64,000 nt of DNA from an uncultured Methanosarcinaceae archaeon. GTDB lineage: Archaea > Halobacteriota > Methanosarcinia > Methanosarcinales > Methanosarcinaceae. The DNA is taken from the NCBI GenBank assembly GCA_963833425.1, contig CAWHXP010000002.1:32001-96000 (forward strand), written 5' to 3'. The notes beneath the pieces are model-generated. The model was not told the origin of the DNA, made no database searches, and was given only the letters and a program-made list of their open reading frames with translations. Every line of letters begins with the position of its first letter. The first letter of the stretch is position 1. The position numbers and the translations under genes were made by a program. Below are positions 49,285-62,576 of the stretch, piece after piece.

Positions 49285-50726
49285 TCAATGATTTATTGAA
49301 CTTGCTTTTCCTCTTACCAGAGAAGCAAATATCCCGATGAAACAGAAGATCGTAAACAGAATAAATGCATAGTGCAAACTTAAAAAGAATTGTGGATAAT
49401 AATCAGACTTAATCTCTACAGGGCCAATAAAAATCGCAAAAATCATCATTGCAATACCCATCGAAAGCATCTGACCAAGGAGTCGCATAGTCCCGTTCAT
49501 CCCGGATGCAACTCCGTAAAATCTCTTGTCGACCGAACTCATAATGGCATTAGTGTTAGGGGACGAGAAAAGTCCGTAACCTGCACCAAGAATGAGGAGA
49601 ATAAAAATCAGGTGCCAGAGAGACGCTTTTTCTGTGAGGAAGACGAGTAGGAAGAGTCCAATTGTCGTTAGAGCCATTCCTACAGATGCAACTATTCTTG
49701 GCTCAACTTTGTCGGAAAGCTGGCCAGCAATCGGCGAAATCATAGCTTGGACAACCGGCTGAACAACTAAAATAAAACCTGCATACTCAGGTGTGAAGCC
49801 TTTCGTATACTGCAGGTAAAGGCTCAAGAGAAAAGTCACTGCGTAAGTTGCACTGTAATTAATGAGAGCAGATAGGTTCGAAAAAGCAAAGGTTCGGTTT
49901 TTTGTTAGAAGGGTAATGTCAAGGGCAGGAGAAGGAATTAGCATCTCATACAGAGCAAAAATCAGCATCCCAATAATTCCGACAGCTATCAGAGCAGCAC
50001 CTTTTAAGTCCGGGATGACTGAGAAGCCGTACATGATGGCAAGGACAGCGAGACCGTAGATAATCGATCCTGTCAGGTCAAAATTTTCTCCCTTGCACTC
50101 GGCCCATTCATCTTTGAGTTTCCAGAGATTAAAAGAATTGTTGTGATGCCAATAGGTACGTTTACGAAGAAAATACTTCGCCAGCCAAGAAGGTCTGTCA
50201 TCACGCCGCCAAGGAAAGGGCCGATTGAAAGTCCAATATAAACTGCGGTAATGTAGATACCAAGAGCTCTTCCCCGTTCACCTGGGGGAAAGACAGAGGT
50301 CACGATAGCAACTCCGGTTCCGAATATCATAGCACTTCCTATACCCTGTATGACCCGAATTTCAATCAGCATCTCTGTTGAGGGGACAATTGTCATTGCA
50401 AGGGATGCAAGGCTGAAAAGCGCTATTCCATAGAGATAAATCTTTTTTCTCCCATAAATATCGGCAATTTTTCCGAAAGGAACCAGAAAGATTGCTGCAG
50501 TAAGGAGATATGCAGTTGCAACCCATGAAAGGGCAATTGCGTCCATATGAAACTCTTTCCCCATCGAGGGAAGGGCAATGTTAACTGCTGAGCCGTCAAA
50601 CGGTGTGATAAATCCTGAAAGTACCGCGATGAAAAGTACAATTCTTTTTTTTGTATGTTGGGTATCGATATCAGGAGTTTTGCATGTTCCAGTAAATTCG
50701 GGGAGTAGTACGGGTATTTTCAGCAA
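49285..50726 (-). CDS. MFS transporter (DHA2-like), one frameshift near 50125
   Basis: DGSAVNIALP, GKIADIYGRKK, WRSIFFVNVPIG, SSPNTNAIM. Confidence 0.88.
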
Positions 50727-52568
50727 GTGATTTATTATTACTTGTTTTTTTCACCATGTATATCACTGATCAGCAAGGCTATCGTCTACTATTGAGAGCA
50801 TTAAGAATTAAAAACATCTATCAGATCAAGACAAATTTGTTACACAAGAAGATCTTTCAGGAATAATGATCCTTTAAATCGTTCGGCTTATATAGTCTTT
50901 TTTAGATATAGTTAATTGATAATCTTTTTTAGTATTATCTAATTGTTATGCATCGTATTCCCTTTAACTAGTTTTCAATATACACTTCATGCTCGTCCTC
51001 TTGACCTTGGAATAAAGGACATTATCCTTGTCTCTGTATCTTCAGGTCTGTGCTTTTCCAAAGTTCTCAAATTGCTGTTAGATAACTTCAACATCATACT
51101 AAATACAATCAGTTGAAGAAAATATGAAAATACTTATGAATTAAGTATGAGCTTAAGGATAAGCGGAAGAATCTAAATGGGAATAGTTAACGTCTTGTTT
51201 CAAGCTTTGGATCTCTTTGTTTTTGATTACAAGTTTTATATTAACAATTTAGCAGGGTATAGATGGTGGGAAAAAGTATCAGGTTCTTCAATTTGCTGAA
51301 AGTAATATTTATCGTGCTTAAATCTTATTTTTGAACAATGCTTACTTAGGGGGCCTATATATAACGGATAAAAATATCGTTCAAGATGATAGGATGAGTA
51401 TCTAACAGAATGAAAAAACAAAAACCATATCTATTCAAGATGCACAAATATGCTCATTGGAGACAGACTTCACGAAAAAAGACCACCCTGGATATTGCAA
51501 AGTCAGTTAGTATAAGTATAGGACTGATCTATAAATATTCCCCAGTCGGTAAATTTGATACCCTATAAGGAATCGGTCATCAATGCATGAACAAACTGTT
51601 GATGATAAAGCAGCCAGAAATTATTGATTTCAATGATTTCCAGAGCTACATGAGAGACGTCATCAAAAATTTATAGCAACTAAACAAAGAGAATAATCTT
51701 TGATAAAGGCATTGACAACAGTTGCACTGGTTGATGGTGAAATTGTAGACAAAGTCAAAAAAATCGACTTTAAATACTACAAATTTGCATCCGAATTTTT
51801 TGCCCGTTTCAATGACTTTGGGATTAGCAATGAGGGTCTGTTGGAACTTATTATATAAGCGAATTATGGTTAAATGCATTTTTCTCCTTGATACGATTCA
51901 CCAAGTGTCTCTCAAAAATGAAGAAATTCTGACGGATTTAATGGTCTATTCATCTTTGAATATATGGAGCTACCGTAATATACAGTAACCTTTTTCCAGT
52001 TATAGCTATCTAGAAAGCTATCGATGGCAAAATTTAGACTTTTTAGAAATCCGAATATTTAAGGTGTCAACACAGAAATTAGTAAAAAAATTACATGAGT
52101 GTTTTCTCTTACTTGCTTAATCACGAGTTGATTCCTTATTTTCTTCCCCTAATCATTTGCTGCAAATTTGCGATATTCCCCAAATGTAGAGTGACCTTCT
52201 GTTTACTCTTCTCAACGATTCACGGATATGATCCATTCTATCTCATGAAAGATTTTATTTTTTAAATAAGATACTATTGTAGAGAAATGTATCTTTTTAG
52301 GATCTTTTTCCGACAGCCTTGGAAGCTTTGGTATTCGGAGAGAGTGGCTATGGTGACGGTGGCTCAACTATTCGCGGTTGCAGTGCTGTGGTCGTCGATA
52401 GCTTTTGTGGGGGGGGTCTGGCTCTCTGTGTTGTGGATGAGTGAACAGTGCATGGGTTTTTGCCCTACATAAGGCTAGTCGTATATCTAAATATGAAAAT
52501 GTGCTATATAGTCTATCATTGCAATGGAGATAAAAACCGCAAAAAATAAAAACTGTAAAATCGGATTA

Positions 52569-52655
52569 GAGGGTTTTTATCAATTCTTTTTTAGGCTGTA
52601 GTTTATAAAACCTATATAAGCAAATTGTTGAAATAGGTGGTTTAGCGAAATTTTC
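52569..52655. mobile_element. MITE copy (degenerate)
   Basis: TA-GAGGGTTTTTAT...TTTAGCGAAATTTTC-TA, ~87 bp. Confidence 0.5.
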
Positions 52656-52927
52656 TATGTTAAGGATCTCAAAGAAAGCTGACAGCAAGTATAATTCATT
52701 TATATTATCTAAACTATTGTTAAATAAATTCTGATATTGCGATATTTAGATAATATTTAATTGTATATCTAGGTAATTTCTACTATTTTATGGTAGAAAT
52801 GGCTGCAAGCAGTTTGACTTAAGTGATCAATGATTAAATTTTTTGGCCACTAGCTTTTCTCTCAAAATCGTTGAACACTTCTTTTTGACTCCAAAGCTGT
52901 TATTCCATTTTTTCAATCTTGAAGTCA

Positions 52928-53908
52928 TTATTCTTTGCAAGTTTCTTCTTTTTCATTCTTATTAAGGATCACTCTTGTCTTTTCCATCTCTTCTTTTGAA
53001 TGGATTTTTATAAGTTTTCTACGCTCTTCGCTCATCTGTGACATATCTTGTGAAAGTAGTCCAAAAGCATCAGCTCTACACTGTCTGCAGTGTCGCATCT
53101 GCATGACATAAGGTTCACAATCTTCTTGGACAGCCTTTCTCTCTTCTGCTGTAGGTGGCTCAATGTCTGCAAAAGCTCCCTGATTGATAAGAGGCATTAC
53201 ATTCATAATGTAAACTCCGAGTTCATTGAGTTTTCTGGCGATCTCAACTACATGCTTATCATTGATACCAGGAATAAGCACGGTATTAACTTTGACAACT
53301 AAACCTGCATCAACAGCTTCTTTGATACCCTTTAGCTGATTCTTAATATGGATTTCTGCGGCTTTGGTTCCCCTGTAGACTTCCCCGTGATAGATAATAT
53401 GATCAACTATTTTTGCATGAATCTCTGGATCAATTGAGTTTAATGTTACTGTTAATGTGGAAACTCCCAAGCGTAGTAAATCCTGTAGCTTTTCGGGAAG
53501 CAATAGTCCGTTTGTGCTCATACAGAGGGTAATTTCAGGAAATTCTTTTTTTATCAGCTCAAAGGTCTCGAAGGTCTCATCATTAGCCAGAGGATCACCT
53601 GGACCTGCAATCCCAACGACCTTGATGAAAGGATAGTCTGCTAGAATCTGTTTTGTTTTCTGAAGAGCTTCTTGTGGAGTTAGGACTTTACTTGTGACTC
53701 CTGGACGGCTCTCATTTACACAGTCAAATTCCCGGATGCAGAAATTACACTGGATATTGCATTTCGGAGCTACAGCCAGGTGAATTCTCCCGTATTTGTG
53801 CTGGGCTTTCTTGTCATAGCAAGGGTGTTTTGCAATCTTTCTCAGGAGTTCCTCTTCATATTTTGGCCCGGTATCTATCTCATTCATAGGATTGTCTTCT
53901 TCTGGCAA
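52928..53908 (-). CDS. nifB: NifB radical-SAM protein (short form without NifX domain)
   Basis: HPC, CNIQCNFC, NESRPG, AGPGDPL, HCRQCRADA. Confidence 0.92.
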   Translation of the reverse strand: MPEEDNPMNEIDTGPKYEEELLRKIAKHPCYDKKAQHKYGRIHLAVAPKCNIQCNFCIREFDCVNESRPGVTSKVLTPQEALQKTKQILADYPFIKVVGIAGPGDPLANDETFETFELIKKEFPEITLCMSTNGLLLPEKLQDLLRLGVSTLTVTLNSIDPEIHAKIVDHIIYHGEVYRGTKAAEIHIKNQLKGIKEAVDAGLVVKVNTVLIPGINDKHVVEIARKLNELGVYIMNVMPLINQGAFADIEPPTAEERKAVQEDCEPYVMQMRHCRQCRADAFGLLSQDMSQMSEERRKLIKIHSKEEMEKTRVILNKNEKEETCKE

Positions 53909-54208
53909 ATGTGTTCTCCTCCGTTAGGAGTTTAAAAATACAGCAGGACCCTCAAGTACAAGGGGATACTGAAACATCTAAAGCAAACTATGTTACAGCA
54001 CCTTGATATACATTGTGGAATTTTTAGAATCCCAAATTGAAATTTAAGACCAAATTATACAAAATCATAAATTTCACTATGCATAAGCAAGCTTTATGCT
54101 TTTGTTTTCTTCATAGGATTCAAAATTATATCTTATATTTTTGGCTTGGGATTTTTTTTCCTAAATACATCCTGTCTATGTAATGTGTTTTTGTAATAAT
54201 AATACTTA

Positions 54209-54296
54209 GATGATTTCGATAAATCTCTAATTTTCCGAGTCATTTATATACCATTTATAAGCGGATGATGAAATTGAGAGGTTTATCGAAACCCTA
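54209..54296. mobile_element. MITE copy
   Basis: GATGATTTCGATAAA...TTTATCGAAACCCT. Confidence 0.75.
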
Positions 54297-55441
54297 TATA
54301 GTTCATCAGAGGTCACTTGATCAATAATATATAAGACCATTTGACTTTTTGGAGGTGGTTCAAATGTCTATTTTTTAGGAGCTATAGCGATTTGAAATGG
54401 TGATCTAAAGTTGGTTTGAAAGGCCAAGTATAGGCAGATTGAGAACTTTTTAGTATTTAAATTTTGGAATTTGCGTTTGTTCTGCCACCTACCTGTTTGT
54501 TTTCTCTTCTGGCTAGTGTTTTTTTAGATTTACAAGCCTGTAGCCTATATAGAAAGTTCTTATGCTTGTAATCATCTCTTTTGATGGTAGGAATCAGCGA
54601 GGAGTTTATGTTTCAAGATATATTGTTCCATGGGGCTAATAATCATTCAAGATTTTGTACGCAGTTTGGATTTAATCGATTATTTTCAGTGTTAGCAATA
54701 CATTAAACGGCTTTATCACTGCAGACTTTAGTGTTAGCATAGTTTGTGTTTTTTTGCGTTTATATTTGGTATCTAATGATAGCTTTGCGAGTTCCGCCTC
54801 AGCACAATCATTCCGAGAATCATTATTTATTGGATATGGGATTTCTTTTCATATCTGTCCAATTCCCTTGTGTAAGGTGACCTGACTTATATTTTCATCT
54901 CCTGATTTTTTTATGCCCTTTGGTTATTACGAAACTATTTCCCCATCAAGATGTCAAACATGATAAACAAAGTCGCATTGTGGGTGAGTTATTGTTAATT
55001 GAATGAGTTGGAACTGTACCAAAGTATAGGTTGTAGTGGACATAACGATCATCTTTTCGGTAAAAGGCGAAGTCGATGATGTAATAATCAATTCTCTTCA
55101 CTTGAACCATACTACTACCCCATTATATCCAAGCTTTATTGATTATTTATCCTTTTCAGGGATAATAGCAACTTTTTATCATTTGCTATCAAAATTATTT
55201 TAAAAGAATTATGCTTTTTCTTAAAATTTAGGTGAAAACATGCATAATTTCTGATTTCAGAACTCTACAATATTGGCTGTTCTGGAGACGATTAAAAAAA
55301 TAGAATTAAGATGGATGGATGAAGTTTTTTATTGTGAATCATTGAGGAAAAAATTGAGAATGAATAAAGTAGTCATTCGGAGCTACTGATGTCCATATAT
55401 AAAATCTATGTATCTAAAGTTATTATTCCTGATCTTTCCTT

Positions 55442-55955
55442 TCATAAATTCCAGCGTTCATCTATTGGGAAATGTTCGTTGATCCACATGAAGGTACAGT
55501 TGTTGTGGATTATCTTGTAGGAACGGGAAAGTACAGGTATGCCGTCGAAAGTAGATTCTCTTTCTAGAATTTCGAGTTCGTTCATGTCACGCCTCATCTC
55601 GAGATTGTGGCTGCGCAGAATCCGGCCTATAGGGATGTCTGCACGCATGAGCTGTTCTCGCATGGTTTCAGGCATTCGTTCAAGAGGTGAGAGTGACCTT
55701 GCATGCACAAAAACCGTATTCCCCGTAGAGAGCCTTACTACTCTGTTATTCACCTCATCTCCTTCTCTTATTTCCAGAAGGTCAGAAGTCTCAAGATCGG
55801 CTTTTACAGTGTATTGTGATTCGGTTGTTACAATTACCGGTTTTCTAGTCATTATCTCCAGGAGAGTCGTCAATGAGCCATCAGTCCCACAGCAGACACG
55901 AAGACAGGTGGGAATTTCTAGGTTTTTTAGTTTTTCCAGAAAATATGTGGCTCAA
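55442..55955 (-). CDS. DUF98 / chorismate-lyase-like (UTRA fold) protein
   Basis: GTDGSLTTLLE, ADIPIGRIL, WINEHFP; GGAGGT RBS before TTG at 55955 needs one +1 correction. Confidence 0.8.
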
Positions 55956-56022
55956 AAAATACCTCCGAATAAGGACTTTCAAATTGATGATATTATTGCG
56001 ATGAGAATAAGCATCAGGATTT

Positions 56023-56337
56023 TTAGTTCTCTCCTACATCTTTAGTTGCATTTTTCATGCGCTCTTTTGCCGTGTATCCAGTAGCTTTGTATAAAAACTC
56101 CCGGAAGTCTTTATTTGTCTGCAAGATTATTTCATCATCTGATATGGTTTTGTCGGAAACCGTGTCAACACAGAGCATTTTATTCGCGATCCACACCTTT
56201 ATCTTTGACATAGCTCCGTGGGCTGTCTCTAGATATATTCCGTTTCTGAAGATTTCCCCGGGAAAGCATTCCTCCATTACCGAATAGATCCTGTCAATGT
56301 CTGGCTTAAAACCGCGTTTTATTTTGTACTGTTTCAT
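56023..56337 (-). CDS. conserved archaeal hypothetical protein (DUF5611-like)
   Basis: YKIKRGF...FLYKATGYTAKER. Confidence 0.75.
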   Translation of the reverse strand: MKQYKIKRGFKPDIDRIYSVMEECFPGEIFRNGIYLETAHGAMSKIKVWIANKMLCVDTVSDKTISDDEIILQTNKDFREFLYKATGYTAKERMKNATKDVGEN

Positions 56338-57196
56338 TGCTACCCTCTTATAAAAGATCTTCAGCTCAAATAAAATTTGCTTAAGGTTGGTTTGTTATAA
56401 TTAATTTCCTAACCATTCATTTGGGTTGAACAGGATGAAATTCATACTTCATTTCCACAAGTGGTTTCCATTTCTAATAATTCAGTTCTGCGTGTATTAA
56501 CATTAGCTATTAATTTTAATATATATAGGACTTGCGCGATTGAAGCATTTTTCTGCAAATATATTTGAAATACCATATTAATATAATAAGCTATTTATAT
56601 ATATCATTATTTTAATTGATGAAATAAATCCACCTTAATTTGTTGAACTTGATAGCATCAAGTTTCTCTTTGCATCTTCTAGATTATCTGCATAGCATTG
56701 TGTTATTCTATCTTCATTAAGTTTCTATACATGCTAATTCGATTTTTTTTCCCTAACAAAGGCAATTTTAATGGGATATTTCATTTCTTCTAGAAGCTCT
56801 CAAATTGAAATTTTAACTTGAAAATCTATCCTCTCTTCACTAATTTGGTCTTCATTTATTTTTAATTAGGCCGCGATAATTTTAAATAGTATATAACTAG
56901 CTTTTCTAGTAGTTAAAAACATGATTTTTTTTTCGAATAAATATCGACATCTTAGGTACACACAAGATGTCTCGTCTTTAGGATCATATTTCCAATCAAA
57001 AGTTGTGAAACTTTCGGAAGATTGTATATGCTTACTCTCATATTTTTTTGTTATACCCTTAGTATATTATTCTTCAGCGAAATTTAGAACTTAATTACTT
57101 ATTAAAATTCGTGAATTTTAGAAAACAGGCCACTGCAAGTAAAGGCAGCGTGCTGAAAGTTCTGAAATTTTGAATAGCTATGTACCCTTTTTTAAT

Positions 57197-57820
57197 TCAA
57201 TAAACAAGATTTACTGATTTTCTTGATGCAGAGATTTTTGAGACGTTTAGCGAAAAAAGAAAGTCTCTGACATATTCAGGTCGAATAACTGTAAGACCAT
57301 CCGGTTTCTGAAATCCTGAAGCAATCTTTGCAATAAGCTTATTCGGTCCGACTCCAACTGAACATGTAATTCTTTCCTGACGTTGAACTTCATCTTTGAT
57401 CTTGATAGCACAAATTGCAGCCTCTTCAAAACTCCTTATCTCAGGTCCTGGCACTAGATAGGCTTCATCAACACTCGCCTGCTGAAACTTCTCAGCAAAC
57501 CCTTTCATGATCTCCATTACGTTTGCCGAAACCTGTGCATAGAGCTTCATGTTGACAGGCAAAAAGACAGCCTCAGGACAGAGTTTATATGCCTGTGAAA
57601 TTGGCATTGCCGAATGAATTCCGTATTTTCGTGCCTCGTAAGAACAGGTGCTTACAACTCCTCTGCCTGACCCCCCTTTAGGGTCAGAACCCACCACAAC
57701 AGGCAGTCCTTTTATTTCTGGCATTTCCCTGACCTCCACGGACGCAAAAAAACTATCCATATCTACATGGAGAACTATCCTCCTTTCGGTATTGTTTGCT
57801 TTAGGATTGGGAGCATGCAT
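57197..57820 (-). pseudogene. dinB: DNA polymerase IV, 3'-truncated
   Basis: HVDMDSFFASVE, SYEARKYG, SVDEAY, KPDG; stops before the HhH and little-finger domains. Confidence 0.88.
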
Positions 57821-57987
57821 CTTGAAATATTTGATTATAAAAGATCATAAGGTTAAAGGGAGTTAGGTGAAAGTATTCAGGGTTTATTTTTTTGGTTCTG
57901 TTAAGTCAACTAGGGAGAGTATTTTTCCAGCTACTGTCGGAACCATAAATCGCTATCCCTCGTAGATTCGACAGTAATATAAAATTA

Positions 57988-58512
57988 TTAGAATAAGCTT
58001 CTTTGCCTGTTGATTTTAAGTGGCTCAATAACTTCTAGATAATTGTTTCTTGGATTTCTTGCTTCATCTCCAACTTCCCATTCTTCCATTTTGTCGTCAG
58101 GGAAGAGCTCCAATAAGGGGCAAAGCTGATCCGCTTCAACAATATCAGGATTCAACCATATGTCTTCATCCTCTTTTTCTAAAATAACAGGCATTCTATC
58201 ATGATATTTGCCAACAGTCGTATTAGGTATTGTAGTAATGATTGTGTAGTTATGGATTTCTTTCATGTTCTTTTTATCTTTCCAAACGTCATACAGCCCA
58301 GCAAAGGCAAAAATTGAATGATCTTTCATCTGGAAATAGTGCCACTGGAAGGGATTTTTTAAAAAATGAATCTTATCTGGTTCGTAAAACCCTGTCGCTG
58401 GGATAAAACAACGTTTATGAAGAAACGGTTGGCGGAATGTAGGCAATTTATCAACTGTTTAGGCTTTAGCATTTATCGCTTTGTATTTATAATGCTCATC
58501 TTCGGCAAAACA
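57988..58512 (-). pseudogene. SRAP (SOS response-associated peptidase/HMCES), 5'-truncated
   Basis: INAKA, RCFIPATGFYE, FAGLY, HDRMPVIL; N-terminal MC start not found. Confidence 0.85.
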
Positions 58513-59230
58513 TGCAGTATATACCTCTTTCTTGTAAGATCAATTTAAAATCATCATGAATGAGGTTAATTGTAAAGAAATTCTTAAATGTTGTGCTTTA
58601 TCCTGAACTATTCCGCTTTGAATACTTTCACATAACTCGGAGTTTCCTTTTAACCTATAACTCAATAATTCATTTCGAGAATGATTGACATGGACATCTC
58701 TGAAAAGTCATTAGAATGTGTGCTCTTGCTCACTAAAATGTATTGAAAAACAAATTGTTTTAACATTTAATTAAATTTGAATGAGAAATGACGTTGGAAG
58801 CGGACGTATTGGTGTACTCTTGAATATGGCGATGCACTAGTGAAACAAGACGGTTTATCTACAAGTTGGGTAACGGAACATACCTGATGCTATTGCCCTT
58901 GCTCTGATTTAAGTAGGAGCCTGTCTATAAGAGCCAGAGCCAATCTTTTGCTTACTTGAAAGAAAGCAGATGGAAGGTTATTAAAAAATACGTGCAAATA
59001 TGTTAAAAAGTATAGTGTGCATGTTTTCTAATATATATTCAGAAATATAGTAATTAACCATTCCCAATATTTTATAAGACTTTGGGAGTAATTATCTTAT
59101 AATTTGATGTAAAAACAAACTTTATTTTATATGCACTAACGTAATTATTGATCCATTTATCTGATTCTAAAAAATTATTTAAGGAACTACTTGACGGTTG
59201 ATATTTCTGTGATGTTCCTACCAACGGAAC

Positions 59231-59563
59231 ATGAGATATAAGGAATCTAGTGTTAATATACAGGTGATGGGCATGAATATAGAAAAAAATCCCTTTCTAA
59301 AAAAATTAAGGTTCTTGCAAAAAATTACGAAGGCTAAAGACTATAGATGTCCATCTTGCGCAGAGAGAGTGGAAAACCGCTTTTTAAGGAAATTAAGATT
59401 TTGGCAAAAAGTTACGATGGTTAAAGATTTTAGGTGTCCGGTTTGTGGAGAGAGAGTAGACAAAGGTGAATTCAGAAACGAAGTGTTCATGCGAGAATTC
59501 AAGAGTTCTGGGCTGTGTCAAGAATGTCAGGATACAGTTTTTGGATATAGAGTAGCATGGTGA
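59231..59563 (+). CDS. small Zn-ribbon protein with internal duplication
   Basis: CPSC, CPVC, GLCQEC; 29-aa repeat. Confidence 0.75.
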   Translation: MRYKESSVNIQVMGMNIEKNPFLKKLRFLQKITKAKDYRCPSCAERVENRFLRKLRFWQKVTMVKDFRCPVCGERVDKGEFRNEVFMREFKSSGLCQECQDTVFGYRVAW

Positions 59564-60083
59564 TATGTCAGTTTTGCGACTTAAGAAATTAAGAGATTTT
59601 AGCACAAAACATATGTATTTTCTCCATGTCAACTTTCCATTCCAATTTTTGCACTACTACATACACTCACAAGCTTAAGAGCATAGATAAACGCATTCTA
59701 TTTTAATTTCAGGCAAATCCGATCTTTTTTAGGAAAAATCCAATATCAAATTCTCAACATTTTGGAATAGAAAAAAAATCATTATTAGTATCGAATTGTT
59801 TTTTGATTGTGAAAAATTTGATATAGGGTCATTTTTCGTTTAAAAATTATTTTTCGTATGATTAATTTAAAATAACTATGGGAATAATTGTACGTTGTAA
59901 CTATCGAAAATCAGCTAAGATATTGGTTTATCAAAAATTTTTATAGCATATGTACTATTCATAAATTTTGAATCAAGTGAATGAATAGGAAGATAACAAA
60001 TTCGCAGATCTGGAAATATTTTACACATAATGGAACATTTATAATTTTTTAATACATGGTATATGGAAAAAGGAGAAAAATAC

Positions 60084-61481
60084 ATGATGAATAAAAAAAG
60101 ATAGCCTTAGTTTAACAGCTATGATTTTAGTGCTGATAGGTATTGCAGGTGCAACGCCTTTTGCATACATCACAAACACCGACAGCCACAATGTCTCTGT
60201 AATTGATACTGCAAATAATACACTTATAGCCTCAGTGCCACTAGAACTAGCCTCAGTGCCACTAGAACTTGGGCCTTATGGAGTTGTAGTTACCCCTGAT
60301 GGAACAAATGTATATGTAACATACTTTGTTGGCAGCAATAATGTCTCTGTGATTAGCACAACAAACAACACTGCCTATGCCAACGTACCTGTAGGAAGCC
60401 GGCCTTATGGAGTTGCAGTCAGTCCGGATGGATCAAAAGTATATGTAACAAACCCAATAAATGCAAATATCCCAGGCACCGTCTCTGTAATTAACACAAC
60501 GACTAATTATATTATAGCCAATGTGACTGTTGGAAGGGCTCCTGCTGGAGTTGCGGTCACACCAGATGGAACAAGTGTGTATGTCACCAACCGGTATGAC
60601 TGGACTGTATCCGTAATTAACACAACAAATAACACTGCCTATGCCAATATAACTGTAGGACACTATCCTAATGGAATTGTAGTAACCCCATATGGAACGA
60701 AGGTATACGTGGTAAACCAAGGAGATAGCGACACTAATCCAGAAACTGTCTCTGTAATTGACACAGCAACTAACACTGTTAAAGCTACTGTTAATGTAGG
60801 ACCTACTCCGGAAGGAGTTGCAGTCACACCTGATGGATCAAAGGTATATGTGGCGAACAATGCCAACGCCAATGTCTCTGTAATTGAAACAGCCACAAAT
60901 AATGTTACCACGGTGAGTGTGGGCGGCAGTCCTGTTGCCTTTGGGCAGTTTATTGGTCCCTGGCTAAGAACGCCTACAATCACCTGGAATAATCCTGATG
61001 ATATAGTTTATGGTACACCATTGAGCAATACTCAACTAAATACAACTGCAGCAGACTCAATAACTAGAGCCACATTACCCGGAACTTTTGTCTACACTCC
61101 CCATCAGGAATTGTATTAAGCACAGGTATGCATACATTAAATGTTTCTTTCAAACCAACTGATAATAAAAAATATACTAATGTGTCAGCGAGTGTTCAAA
61201 TAAATGTCCTGACTCCAGTTCAGGAAATCCAACAAATGATTACTTTTATCCAAGGTTTAGTCAATTCAGGTAAACTGAATCCTGGACAAGCTAAATCACT
61301 AATCTTTAAACTGAACGCTGCGAAGAAAAATATAAATCATGAAAATACACCAGCAGCAACTAATGAGCTCAATGCTTTCATTAACGAAGTAAATGCTGAA
61401 ATAAAAACTGGCAAACTTTCTTCAACAGATGGACAGACACTGATTGACGGAGCGAATGCAGAGATTAATGCAATTAAATAA
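60084..61481 (+). CDS. YVTN beta-propeller surface protein with Ig-like and FIMAH-like C-terminus, frameshifted
   Basis: YVTN repeats, TPTITW, ATNELNAFINEV; frameshifts near 60100 and 61100. Confidence 0.85.
60227..60268 (+). repeat. 21-bp exact tandem duplication (ASVPLEL x2)
   Basis: TAGCCTCAGTGCCACTAGAAC twice. Confidence 0.9.
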
Positions 61482-61761
61482 CTGAAAACTCTTGAGAATG
61501 CATAATAAATATGAAAAAACAGCTAAAATTTTGGGGGTTCAACAACCCCGTTATATTTTTAAAATACATATAAATAGATCATGCTTTTAAGTTATGGCTC
61601 AACGCTAAAATTTTCCTATTCTTTTTGACTAGATCATTCCATTACATACAGGAATATGCATGTTTTCATCGATTTATCAAAGTAAATACTAGAAAGTATT
61701 AGAAACACATAAGTAAATTGAAAAATTCACTTGACATCTATTTTTGTTTGCCACAAAAAAT

Positions 61762-61832
61762 AGAATTTATCGTTTTACTGATGCACAGGTTTATATAGCA
61801 AAAACTATGCATCAGTAAAAATGATAAATCCT
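61762..61832. repeat. inverted repeat / possible MITE
   Basis: TTTATCGTTTTACTGATGCA...TGCATCAGTAAAAATGATAAA. Confidence 0.6.
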
Positions 61833-62339
61833 GTTATTTGCGATAAAGGCAAAGGTTCAAGAGCCATTTAGAATTTACAGAATTTTTGGTATACTGGCAT
61901 GTAAAAATAATTAAATTAAAGGTTTTACTCCTATTTTAATAAATATCCATAGTAACTGTTTTTGCACAATGTTGTATAGAATTACATAGCATTAACCCCC
62001 ACCTCTACATTTTAATCACATTTTTAATTTTTGCATTTTTGTCATTATTACCATTAACAGACCATATCAATTGTTGCTGGTAAGATTCACACACCCATCA
62101 ATCATCATCATGATGGTCACCAATGTGGATGTCGATGTTCATGGTCCCAATCTTCATGGCCCCAAATAGATATCAATAGGAAAATTAAATGAATTTTTGC
62201 GTTTCCTGCCGAAAATAGGATCAAAGAATTTGCACACGCCAATTATTTGATTATTAAAATTACGTACGGATCGATAAGTCTAATCGCCTTTATTATATTT
62301 CCGAGCCGCTCCATGTTCCCATACAGGTAAATAAGGATC

Positions 62340-62576
62340 GGTCCCATCTATTGACTTCGTGAACCTATTGCATCCCAATTATAATAGGTATTAAGTTTTT
62401 GTCCTTCCTCTTCTTCTGTTATCCGTACGAATTCTTCTCCAAGGAAGAGCACAGCCTTCTTGTAGACCTTCCCTTCATTGATCTGAAGGTTGACCCCCTT
62501 CTCTGAGTTTTCTTGACAAAGTCCCTTCTAATGGAGATGATGCATATTCAAAAATTTTTTCCCATGTGTTCTTCAT
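62340..62576 (-). pseudogene. small hypothetical protein, frameshifted
   Basis: MKNTWEKIFEYASSPLEGTLSRKLREG / VNLQINEGKVYKKAVLFLGEEFVRITE; AGGTGA RBS. Confidence 0.6.

Noticed and set aside
51230..51990. Fragmentary coding-like sequence
   Set aside because: Many stops and no recognisable motif
52928..53908. nifB outside a nif cluster as a novelty
   Set aside because: A stand-alone short nifB is the established arrangement in Methanosarcina
54300..55170. Possible transposase relic on minus
   Set aside because: Too degraded to assign a family or boundaries by eye
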